From NCBI GenBank assembly GCA_036231405.1, contig JAZAHK010000046.1:96001-160000 (forward strand): 64,000 bases of DNA, in the 5' to 3' direction. The translations under genes were made by a program, and so were the position numbers. The notes beneath the pieces were generated by a model that was given only the letters and a program-made list of their open reading frames with translations, searched no databases and was not told the origin of the DNA. This stretch comes from Nitrospinota bacterium (GTDB lineage: Bacteria > UBA8248). Positions 30,164 to 38,427 of this stretch are shown piece by piece; the first letter of the stretch is position 1, and the number at the start of each line of letters is the position of its first letter.

Positions 30164-30868
30164 CTAAACACCAAGATACCTCATCCTAGTTTCCTCATTT
30201 GCGAGAAGTTCCTTGGATTTTCCTTCCCATCTGATAATTCCTTTTTCTATTAGATACGCTCTTGCTGTAATATTGAGCGCCATTTTAAAGTTTTGCTCCA
30301 CAAGGATTATTGCAATTCCTTTGTTTTTAATTTCTTCGAGTACGTTACCTATTGTTTCCACGTATGCAGGCATCAGTCCTTCCGTTGGCTCGTCTATCAG
30401 CATCAATCTAGGTTCGCTTCCCAGACCACGAGCGATAGTCAACATTTGCTGTTCTCCACCGCTCAATTGGTTGCCTTTATTATTTATCCGCTCCTTTAGT
30501 CTTGGGAATAAAGAAAAAATCCAGTCGAGATGGGTATCTATATCCTTTCCCCCGTCAATTGGAATTCTACTGATTTTTAGATTTTCCAAAACGGTTAAAT
30601 TCGTAAACACTTGACGGTCTTCAGGCACCCAAGAAATCCCTTTTTCTGAAACAGTGTGGGTTTCAGAAAAAGTAATATCTTTATCCTCCATTAAAATTTT
30701 TCCGCTTTCCGGTTGTATCAAACCCATTACAGTTTTTAAGGTAGTAGATTTCCCTGCTCCATTTCTACCAAGAAGTGCAACAGCCTCACCCTCATTAACT
30801 GAAAGACTTAGATCATGGAGTATGTGACTTAATCCGTAAAAGGTATTTATCTTTTCAACTTTTAACAA
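30164..30868 (-). CDS. livF: Branched-chain amino acid-type ABC transporter ATPase (LivF-like)
   Basis: GRNGAGKST, VPEDR, LFPRL.ER, LSGGEQQML, DEPTEGL, LVEQN, YLGV. Confidence 0.9.
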   Translation of the reverse strand: MLKVEKINTFYGLSHILHDLSLSVNEGEAVALLGRNGAGKSTTLKTVMGLIQPESGKILMEDKDITFSETHTVSEKGISWVPEDRQVFTNLTVLENLKISRIPIDGGKDIDTHLDWIFSLFPRLKERINNKGNQLSGGEQQMLTIARGLGSEPRLMLIDEPTEGLMPAYVETIGNVLEEIKNKGIAIILVEQNFKMALNITARAYLIEKGIIRWEGKSKELLANEETRMRYLGV

Positions 30869-30871
30869 TAG

Positions 30872-31054
30872 CTACTCCCTCAAGTAAACTCTTTGGACAT
30901 CTTCGTTTGATCTTATTTCTTCTACCGAACCTTCTGCAAGAAATTTGCCGTCGTGAAGGACAGTTATTTTGTCAGAAATTCCTAAGACAACATCCATATC
31001 ATGTTCAACTAGGATAATTGTTAAAGGATCGGCTAAGCTTTGAATTAATTTTAT
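30872..31054 (-). pseudogene. livG: 3' remnant (60 codons) of a LivG-type ABC ATPase
   Basis: Manual translation IKLIQSLADPLTIILVEHDMDVVLGISDKITVLHDGKFLAEGSVEEIRSNEDVQRVYLRE*; preceded directly by in-frame TGA TAA; no Walker A/B. Confidence 0.88.
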
Positions 31055-31088
31055 TTATCAATTAAATTTTTTATTTGGGAGATTAGAT

Positions 31089-31520
31089 ATGTTCAAAAAA
31101 ATTCATCACATTGGGTTGATTACGGATGATATGGAAAGAACGAAAAAACTATTCATCGAAAAAATCGGCTGTGAACCGAATCGAATGCAAGTTGCCGATA
31201 CTGGATGGGCACACGCGACTTTCCTTAGAATGGGCGATGTAGAAATTGAAATTATGCAGCCTTATGATCCTGATAATCATTACACTAAGATGCTCAAAAA
31301 AAATGGAGGCCCGTGTTTTTCTCATATAGCTTTTTCAACCGAAGATACCGGAAAAGTCGGTCAAGAATTTCAAAAGAAAGACGTAAAATTTATGAAAGGA
31401 TTTGGTCCTGGGACGTATACTCCAAGGGGTTATGAGATCCTTTTTTTGGAACCTTCTGAAACGGAAGAAATGGTTATTCAGATTGCCTCTGATGTTCCTG
31501 CAAAGGATTTAGGATACTAG
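31089..31520 (+). CDS. VOC family protein, methylmalonyl-CoA epimerase-like
   Basis: IHHIG, IEIMQP, FSHIAF, LFLEP; SD GGAG. Confidence 0.8.
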   Translation: MFKKIHHIGLITDDMERTKKLFIEKIGCEPNRMQVADTGWAHATFLRMGDVEIEIMQPYDPDNHYTKMLKKNGGPCFSHIAFSTEDTGKVGQEFQKKDVKFMKGFGPGTYTPRGYEILFLEPSETEEMVIQIASDVPAKDLGY

Positions 31521-31534
31521 TTAGAAAATCATCG

Positions 31535-32818
31535 TTAGAGTATAGTCGTCTTTTTTGTTAATTCTACTAGAGCTAACGCGGTAACTTCTGCCCCTTTAAC
31601 AAGGTCGCTAAAGTGAGTAAATTCCTCTGGGGTATGGGATAGTCCTTTGACAGATGGTATAAAAATCATCCCCATGGGGCATAATTTTTCCATCCTACAG
31701 GCATCATGGACTCCGCCACTTGAAAGTTTTAAAGAGGTGAATCCTGCGGTTTTAGAAGCTCCTGTGAGAATAGACTGAATTTTCTTTGATGTTGGACATA
31801 CGGGAAGTCGCAAAACGTCTCTCATAATACCAGATACTTTTCTTTTTTGTTTGATCTGGAAAAGCTTTTTCCTCATTCTCTCAAGAACTCTCCTAAGTAC
31901 CTTGTCATTTTTTCCTCTCAGATCGAAAGAAATTTCGGTTTCTCCTGGAACAATGGAAATCCAACCGGGTCTTGCGTTTATCTCACCGAACGTAATCGTA
32001 AGCCTCTGACTTTCTGGGGCACACTTTGTGATGGACTCTATCTCGAGCATGAACTCTGCAGCAGCCATGGAAGAATCTCTTCTATACGGCATTGGCTGAC
32101 CTCCTGAATGGGCCGAAACCCCTTTGAAAATAATTTGCCCCCTTATATAGCCTACCACTAGGTCAACTACTCCAATTGAAACTGCACTACTTTCAAGTAT
32201 AGGCCCCTGCTCTATATGAAGTTCCAAAAAGGATTTTATAGATTTTCTTTGCAGAATAGAGGTCTTGATTTTTGATGTGTTTCCGCCTGTCTGATTTACA
32301 ATTTCATAAAGGCTTTTTCCAGTTGGAGGGTGGGTGGTTTTTTTCATTTCCTTTATGCCTATAACTCCGGTTGCTGCACTGCTTCCGAAAACGGTCATCC
32401 CGCACGAGGATTCTTCTCCAGCAAAAGCTACTACTTCGATTGGATGGTCATTCTCAATTTTATTTTCATTTAATATACGGACAGCTTCGAGTGCAGTTAG
32501 TACACCCGCTGGTCCGTCATATCTTCCTCCAGGATTCTGGCTGTCAAGATGTGAGCCGATCATAACGGCAGGAAGATTTTTATGCTTGCCTTCTTTTCTG
32601 CCGTACAAGTTTCCGAAAGCATCAACCCTAGTTTTCATACCTGCTTTTGACATAAGACTTTCGGCATATTTCCTAACTTTTATAAATGAGGGAGTGAAGG
32701 CGACTCTGGATAAACCTGTTTTGCCGACTTGCCCAATTTTTGATTGAGAGTCAAATTCTTCTTTCATTCGTTTCCGGTTTGCCTTTAATGGATTTTTTTT
32801 CAAATGATTTTCCTTCAA
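31535..32818 (-). CDS. Zn-dependent hydrolase, allantoate amidohydrolase / N-carbamoyl-L-amino acid hydrolase family (M20)
   Basis: GSHLDS...GG.YDG..GV, GEE, ELHIEQGP, AHSG, SGGVHDA, SHTPEE. Confidence 0.9.
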   Translation of the reverse strand: MKENHLKKNPLKANRKRMKEEFDSQSKIGQVGKTGLSRVAFTPSFIKVRKYAESLMSKAGMKTRVDAFGNLYGRKEGKHKNLPAVMIGSHLDSQNPGGRYDGPAGVLTALEAVRILNENKIENDHPIEVVAFAGEESSCGMTVFGSSAATGVIGIKEMKKTTHPPTGKSLYEIVNQTGGNTSKIKTSILQRKSIKSFLELHIEQGPILESSAVSIGVVDLVVGYIRGQIIFKGVSAHSGGQPMPYRRDSSMAAAEFMLEIESITKCAPESQRLTITFGEINARPGWISIVPGETEISFDLRGKNDKVLRRVLERMRKKLFQIKQKRKVSGIMRDVLRLPVCPTSKKIQSILTGASKTAGFTSLKLSSGGVHDACRMEKLCPMGMIFIPSVKGLSHTPEEFTHFSDLVKGAEVTALALVELTKKTTIL

Positions 32819-32855
32819 AATTTTTCGATTTCTGTATTCTTAATTTTGAAAAATT

Positions 32856-33608
32856 TTAGAACAATTCTTTTGGTACTGGAATATCCTTGTAATCTTCAGG
32901 CATCAAAGGAGAGTCGGGTATGATTCCCAACATTTTAAAATAATGGTACGTATGTCGCAGATGCTGTACTCCGTGCCCTAAAGCCATTTCTAAGAGTTTA
33001 TTGACAGTTATTCTCCCCATATAACTATTGATCTCCTTGTTTACATCCCGGTCTTTTTCCTCGATGAACCCCTGTAACTTATTTTCAATTTTGTTTCCGT
33101 ATAAACAAATTTCTTCGTTTGTTTTATAATTATTTGCTTCTTTTTCATATCTTCTTACCATATCTTCTGTATAGGACTCTGAATCATAGGCTTCCATACA
33201 TAGATCAAATCGCTCGTAAATATGCCAAGTTAGTTGCCTCAAAGTTCTTGGACGATCCGGAGAAATCCAGTCGAGTTTTTCTTGGGGAATTTGATTTATT
33301 GCGAGTTTTGTTGCTTTAAAAACTTTCGATGTCAAATTCAAGATGCTTTCTGCACTTAAAGGTTCTTGAATTTCTTTTTTTATCTCAAATGTCTCTATGA
33401 GTTTTTTTTCATCAAATCCAACGACAATTTTTGAACCACTAACCGCAACAGGCAATGCTTTGATACCAAGATCTCTTAACTCATTTTGTGCTTCGAGGTC
33501 ATTTGTACAATCACGATTCTCAATTGGAATACCATTCTCAGAAAGAAACTCTTTCATTCGTGCACATGAGAATCAACCATGTCTTGTATAAACTTTAACG
33601 GATTCCAT
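32856..33608 (-). CDS. Candidate selenoprotein: glutaredoxin-like (U-x-x-C) domain fused to a DinB-like domain, 250 aa
   Basis: SD GAGGAG and ATG 33608 give MESVKVYTRHG-UGA-FSCARMKEFL, in frame with the 233-aa ORF; Grx features (VKVYT, LPV cis-Pro, VVGF); DinB His pattern WH...HGVQH. Confidence 0.82.
33534..33573 (-). promoter_or_regulatory. Putative bacterial SECIS element
   Basis: Immediately 3' of the UGA (33575-33573): lower stem AUUCUCA/UGAGAAU, apical stem GAAAGA/UCUUUC with a GUU loop whose G lies 24 nt after the UGA. Confidence 0.65.
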
Positions 33609-33795
33609 GCTTTTACACTCCTCTATAGATGAACCTTATATTAACCCTTTTTTACACTACATTGTCAAAGGGGTTATAAATGAATTTTACTCTACCATTC
33701 AGTCTCTAAGTCATAAAATTAAACACGTATTTGTTTCCTATAAGATATTGTTTTTAAATGGGATATAAGTTTTGTTTTTTTTGTACCTATTTTTA

Positions 33796-33824
33796 TTGAA
33801 CTTGTTGGAAGTTTCGTTTATAAT
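33796..33824 (+). promoter_or_regulatory. Sigma70-type promoter for the 2-oxoacid:ferredoxin oxidoreductase operon
   Basis: TTGAAC-N17-TATAAT, about 70 nt upstream of ATG 33894. Confidence 0.65.
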
Positions 33825-33893
33825 CGATTTAATTGTTCCTTTTAAATCTTGCGTAATCTTAATTAATTACTTTTGCAAAATTTGTGAGCCTAG

Positions 33894-35885
33894 ATGAATA
33901 ATAAAAACGGAGATAATGAAAATGGGTCTGGAGTTTTCAAATATCCAGGTCTGCCTACAACTGCAGATGGTGCTGCTGCAGTGGCATGGGTTGAAACTCA
34001 AATAACTCAGGGTGCGTGTGCTTACCCTATCACTAGTTCAACAACGATGGGGCAGGGGTATCAGGCTGAAGTCTCTAATGGTAAAGAGAATCTGTGGGGA
34101 GAAAAGCTTTTTTTCCTCGAGTTAGAGAGTGAGCACTCAAGTGCCAGTACTTGTGAGGGTTTTGCAGTAGCAGGTGGTAGGGTTTCAAACTTCACATCTG
34201 GGCAGGGTCTTATTTTAATGAAGGAAGTGCTTTATACCATAAGTGGGAAAAGGCTTCCTGCGGTTTTTCATATTGGAGCAAGGGCATTAACCTCACAAAG
34301 TTTAAATGTACATGCTGGTCATGATGATGTGATGGGTGTTGCAGACTGTGGATGGGGTATGCTTTTTGCGAGAACTGCTCAGGAAGCGGGAGATTTGGCA
34401 CTCATTTCGAGACGTGTGGCGGAAGATTCAGAGACACCATTTTTAAACATTCAAGATGGCTTCCTCACCACTCATACGATTGAAAATGTTTTCTTACCTG
34501 AACCTGAATTTATGAAGAAATTTGTTGGCCCTCCTATAGAGAAAGTAAAGAATATGATGGATTTTGACAATCCTACGATGATAGGTGTTGTACAAAATCA
34601 AGATTCTTACATGAAGGGAAAAATTTCACAGAGGTTTTTTTATGATCAAGTTCCGCTTCTTCTTAAAAATGCAATGGATGAATTTTATGAGGCTACAGGG
34701 AGAAAGTATGGATTAACCGAGTCTTATTGTATGGAAGATGCAGAGTATGCGTTTGTAGGTATGGGTTGTTATATGGAGACTGCAATTGCAACTGTTGATT
34801 TTTTGAGGAACCAAGGTTACAAGGTAGGTCTTGTAAATGTTACATCCTTTAGACCGTTCCCTGGTAATGAGATAGTTGATGCCTTGCAGAATACGAAAGC
34901 ATTTACTGTACTTGAGAGGCTTGATGTTCCAAGCGCTCAATCTAATCCTCTTACTGCAGAAATTAAATCCTCGTTTGCAGATTCCTTAACCGGCGTAAAA
35001 AATTATCCAAAAATCGACAGAATTCCAGTTGTCTTCTCATGCTCAGCTGGACTAGGAAGTCGAGATGTTAGACCTGGTGATTTTATTGCCTGTCTTAAAA
35101 ATATGATCGATTCTAAGACTGAAGATCAACAGCGTTATTTTTCTCTAGGTATCAAGCATTCAACTGCTCTAGAGGTGGAAGAAGATCCTGACCTTCGTCC
35201 TGTGGGCGCTTTCTCAATGAGAGGACATTCTGTCGGTGGATATGGTTCTGTTACCACAAATAAAGTTATTGCAACGATTGTTGGAGACACCTTTGGTATG
35301 AATGTCCAAGCTTATCCAAAATATGGATCCGAGAAAAAGGGTCTTCCTACTACGTATTATCTCACGATTGCTGATGATGTAATTAGAACACATTGTGAAT
35401 TGAATGATGTTGAATTTATACCACTCAATGATGTCAATGCTTTCAAGTCAGGTAATCCTTTAAAAGGTCTATCGGATAATGGAATGGTTTTTGTGCAGAC
35501 TGATGAAGAGGATCCAGAAAAGGTATGGGAGAATATCCCGTCTACTTCAAGAAATATCTTAAGACAAAAAAATGCAAGAGTACTTTTCATGGATACAGTG
35601 AAGGTTGCAAGAGAGATTGCTAGCGATCCGTCTTTGGAGCAAAGAATGCAAGGTATTGTGTTGCTTGGGATCTTTTTAAAATGTACTCCATTTATGAAAG
35701 AGAGGAATTTAACTGAGGAAGATATTTTCTCTAGTGTTGAAAAGTCGATTAGGAAGTATTTCGGTCGCAGAGGAGAACAAGTTGTTAGTGATAATATGGA
35801 ATGCGTAAGGCGTGGTTTTACTGAGATCCATGAATTGTCTTCTGAAATGATACATAAGATGGCAGATTTAGAATTAGTTGAATAG
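33894..35885 (+). CDS. Pyruvate/2-oxoacid:ferredoxin oxidoreductase, alpha+gamma subunit (N-terminal part of NifJ-type enzyme)
   Basis: AYPITSS, ESEHS, FTSGQGL, HIGAR, GHDD, QDGFLTTH, FRPFP; gamma domain GGYGSVTTNK, YGSEKKG. Confidence 0.92.
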   Translation: MNNKNGDNENGSGVFKYPGLPTTADGAAAVAWVETQITQGACAYPITSSTTMGQGYQAEVSNGKENLWGEKLFFLELESEHSSASTCEGFAVAGGRVSNFTSGQGLILMKEVLYTISGKRLPAVFHIGARALTSQSLNVHAGHDDVMGVADCGWGMLFARTAQEAGDLALISRRVAEDSETPFLNIQDGFLTTHTIENVFLPEPEFMKKFVGPPIEKVKNMMDFDNPTMIGVVQNQDSYMKGKISQRFFYDQVPLLLKNAMDEFYEATGRKYGLTESYCMEDAEYAFVGMGCYMETAIATVDFLRNQGYKVGLVNVTSFRPFPGNEIVDALQNTKAFTVLERLDVPSAQSNPLTAEIKSSFADSLTGVKNYPKIDRIPVVFSCSAGLGSRDVRPGDFIACLKNMIDSKTEDQQRYFSLGIKHSTALEVEEDPDLRPVGAFSMRGHSVGGYGSVTTNKVIATIVGDTFGMNVQAYPKYGSEKKGLPTTYYLTIADDVIRTHCELNDVEFIPLNDVNAFKSGNPLKGLSDNGMVFVQTDEEDPEKVWENIPSTSRNILRQKNARVLFMDTVKVAREIASDPSLEQRMQGIVLLGIFLKCTPFMKERNLTEEDIFSSVEKSIRKYFGRRGEQVVSDNMECVRRGFTEIHELSSEMIHKMADLELVE

Positions 35886-35898
35886 ATAGGGGTTAATT

Positions 35899-37485
35899 AT
35901 GAGTGAAAGTGAAAATATTACTCAGAATACTATTCAAGAAGAAACTTTTCTTGATATTGCAGATTTTAATAGTCGTATTGTTGGTGCATACAACGATGGT
36001 ACAGCCGAATTGGGACTTGAGGCTGATATTCAGGTCGCGAGAAGTATAGTTCCTGCTGGGACCGGTGCTCTCAGAGATTTTAGTTATATAGCTCCTGATT
36101 TACCCGAGTTTTACAATGACAAATGTGTTGGTTGCATGGACTGTGTTACAGAATGTCCCGATACTGCCATTTTAGGTGTAGGTATATCCGAAAGCGAACT
36201 TGAGAAAAGACTAAACGAGACAAGCGATCCTGATGAAAAGAAACGTCTTGCTGCAAGATTTTCAAAGACAAAGAAATTCCACGGTCAGGCTGAGAAAAAA
36301 GGGATAGAAGGTGCAATGTTTGGAATTTTTGTCGATCCGACGAAATGTAAGGGATGTGGAGAATGTGTTGAGGTATGTGGAAGTCATGAATCTCTAGGGA
36401 TGGTCCCAAAAGACACGAAAATGCTAGAGGATTTTCAGCAAGAATGGGATTTTTATAAAAGTCTGCCTGAGACTCCTAAAGAGTATGTGAACGAAAAGTT
36501 CCTTGCAGATATGATGCTCACAGAACGTTCCTTATTATATGTGGGTGGTGCAGGTAGCTGTATGGGGTGTGGTGAAGCAACTGCCCTCAGGATGATGACC
36601 GCAGCTACAGGGTTTAAATATGGGAAAGAAGGGATGGGAATTGTAGCGAGTACGGGTTGTAATACGGTGTATACTAGTACATATCCTTACAATCCCTATA
36701 TTGTTCCATGGACAAATAGTCTTTTTGAAAATGGTCCTGCTGTTGCTATGGGAGTTAGGGCAAAGTGGGATCAACTGGGAATGAAAGATAAGCGGCTTTG
36801 GGTAATTGGTGGGGACGGCGCTATGTTGGATATAGGGTTTCAGTCACTATCTAGGATGCTCGCTAGCGGGGTAGATATTAAAGTTTTAGTTTTAGACACT
36901 CAAGTGTATTCTAATACAGGTGGACAGGCGTCAACAAGTAGCTACGGTGGGCAAGATGCCAAGATGAGTCAGCATGGGAAAGCTACTCAAGGTAAAACTG
37001 AAGCAAGGAAAGAGCTTAGTACTATATGTTTGATGCATGGTGATGTTTATGTGTCTCAAACAACTTGCTCGCATGTGAATCATTTTTATCGTTCAATTAT
37101 GGAAGCGAATGAGTTTCCTGGACCTGCAGTTATAAATGTCTTTACTACTTGCCAACCAGAACATGGTGTTGCCGATGATATGGCCGGTGCTCAAGCTAAG
37201 CTAGCTGCTGATAGTAGAGCCTTCCCCGTGTTTACTTATGATCCAAGGCTCGGTGAAACTATTAAAGAAAGAATGAATCTAACAGGGAATCCTTCGCCGA
37301 ATAAAGATTGGTACGTGAATCCGAAGACGAAGGAAGAGGTTAATTTTATTGATTTTGCTAGAAGTGAAGGTCGATTCGCAAAACATTTTGATAAAGACGG
37401 TAATCCTTCTGAAGTCATACTCGCTACTAATGAGGAGAGGCTCAAAAACTGGCATCGCCTTCAAGAACTTGCTGGTCTTCGTTAG
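35899..37485 (+). CDS. Pyruvate/2-oxoacid:ferredoxin oxidoreductase, ferredoxin+beta (TPP-binding) subunit
   Basis: CVGCMDCVTECP, CKGCGECVEVC, GSCMGCGE, STGC, NSLFEN, GGDG..LDIG, DTQVYSNTGGQ. Confidence 0.92.
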   Translation: MSESENITQNTIQEETFLDIADFNSRIVGAYNDGTAELGLEADIQVARSIVPAGTGALRDFSYIAPDLPEFYNDKCVGCMDCVTECPDTAILGVGISESELEKRLNETSDPDEKKRLAARFSKTKKFHGQAEKKGIEGAMFGIFVDPTKCKGCGECVEVCGSHESLGMVPKDTKMLEDFQQEWDFYKSLPETPKEYVNEKFLADMMLTERSLLYVGGAGSCMGCGEATALRMMTAATGFKYGKEGMGIVASTGCNTVYTSTYPYNPYIVPWTNSLFENGPAVAMGVRAKWDQLGMKDKRLWVIGGDGAMLDIGFQSLSRMLASGVDIKVLVLDTQVYSNTGGQASTSSYGGQDAKMSQHGKATQGKTEARKELSTICLMHGDVYVSQTTCSHVNHFYRSIMEANEFPGPAVINVFTTCQPEHGVADDMAGAQAKLAADSRAFPVFTYDPRLGETIKERMNLTGNPSPNKDWYVNPKTKEEVNFIDFARSEGRFAKHFDKDGNPSEVILATNEERLKNWHRLQELAGLR

Positions 37486-37506
37486 ACTACACGTTCATTA
37501 AAATTC

Positions 37507-38403
37507 CTATTTATTCTCAAGGTCTTCGAAAACTTTGTAGATAACTGTACTATCAAGTTCTCCGTAATGGGATTTGTTTCCAATTTTGTAGATTGGTAGA
37601 CAGGCTTTTCCTACTGGAGTAGAAGATTTGGTTTTTTTAGCAAGAGTTAGCCCAAGTTTCATATCTTTAATAATTGAGTCTAGTGAACTTACAGGGTCAG
37701 AGAATTTATGACCTAACATTCTAGCTCCTCTTTTTTCAAGTTGTTTCCCTGAGGCAGCACTTCTTAGTAGACATTCTAAAAGGAGATCTTTTTTTATTCC
37801 TGAACGAAGTCCTATTCTTAATGTTTCTGCAATAGAACAGCGTTCAAGACAGGTCAAATAGTTTATGATGACTTTCATAGTTGCACCTGAACCAGCTTTC
37901 CCACAATATATTTGGTCTGAAAGTAGATCTCCTAGTAGGTGTTTTACTTTTTTGTAAATTTTTTTTTCTCCACCGATTAAGAAAAGACCGATTCTATTTT
38001 TCACATCTTTACTATTTCCGCTTACACATCCTTCCAAGAAATCTAATTTAGAAGCTTTGCAAAGAGAACTGATTTTTCTGGTGTCATCAGGATCCGAAGT
38101 TGTAGTGTCTATAATTAATCTTTTTGAAGTTTGTTTTGTAATATACGTATAACCGTTCTTCCCCTTTGCACAATTTAAAGAGATCTTAGAGTTTGGGACT
38201 GAAATGAATGTTATATCAGCATTTTCTACCACTTCCTTTGGAGAATCGAGAATTTTACCCCCTTTTCGTTTGAATCTTCTTTTTGCTAATGGAACGGGGT
38301 CTGTACCAAAGATCGTATACCCATCCTCCATTAAGTTATTTGTAAAAGCCTGACCCATCAATCCGAGACCTATAAATCCAATAGTCTTTTTTTTTGATTG
38401 CAT
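37507..38403 (-). CDS. Beta-hydroxyacid dehydrogenase family (3-hydroxyisobutyrate dehydrogenase-like)
   Basis: IGFIGLGLMG, IDTTTS.P, VSG, GSGATMKVIIN, KDM.L. Confidence 0.88.
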   Translation of the reverse strand: MQSKKKTIGFIGLGLMGQAFTNNLMEDGYTIFGTDPVPLAKRRFKRKGGKILDSPKEVVENADITFISVPNSKISLNCAKGKNGYTYITKQTSKRLIIDTTTSDPDDTRKISSLCKASKLDFLEGCVSGNSKDVKNRIGLFLIGGEKKIYKKVKHLLGDLLSDQIYCGKAGSGATMKVIINYLTCLERCSIAETLRIGLRSGIKKDLLLECLLRSAASGKQLEKRGARMLGHKFSDPVSSLDSIIKDMKLGLTLAKKTKSSTPVGKACLPIYKIGNKSHYGELDSTVIYKVFEDLENK

Positions 38404-38427
38404 TTTCTCTCCAAGAAATTCTAATTT

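Noticed and set aside
33573-33575. Genome-wide UGA reassignment (code 4 or 25) as the explanation for the in-frame TGA
   Set aside because: TGA ends many genes at their expected C-termini (1455, 9519, 18893, 47095, 50838, 61889), and no other gene shows an internal TGA.
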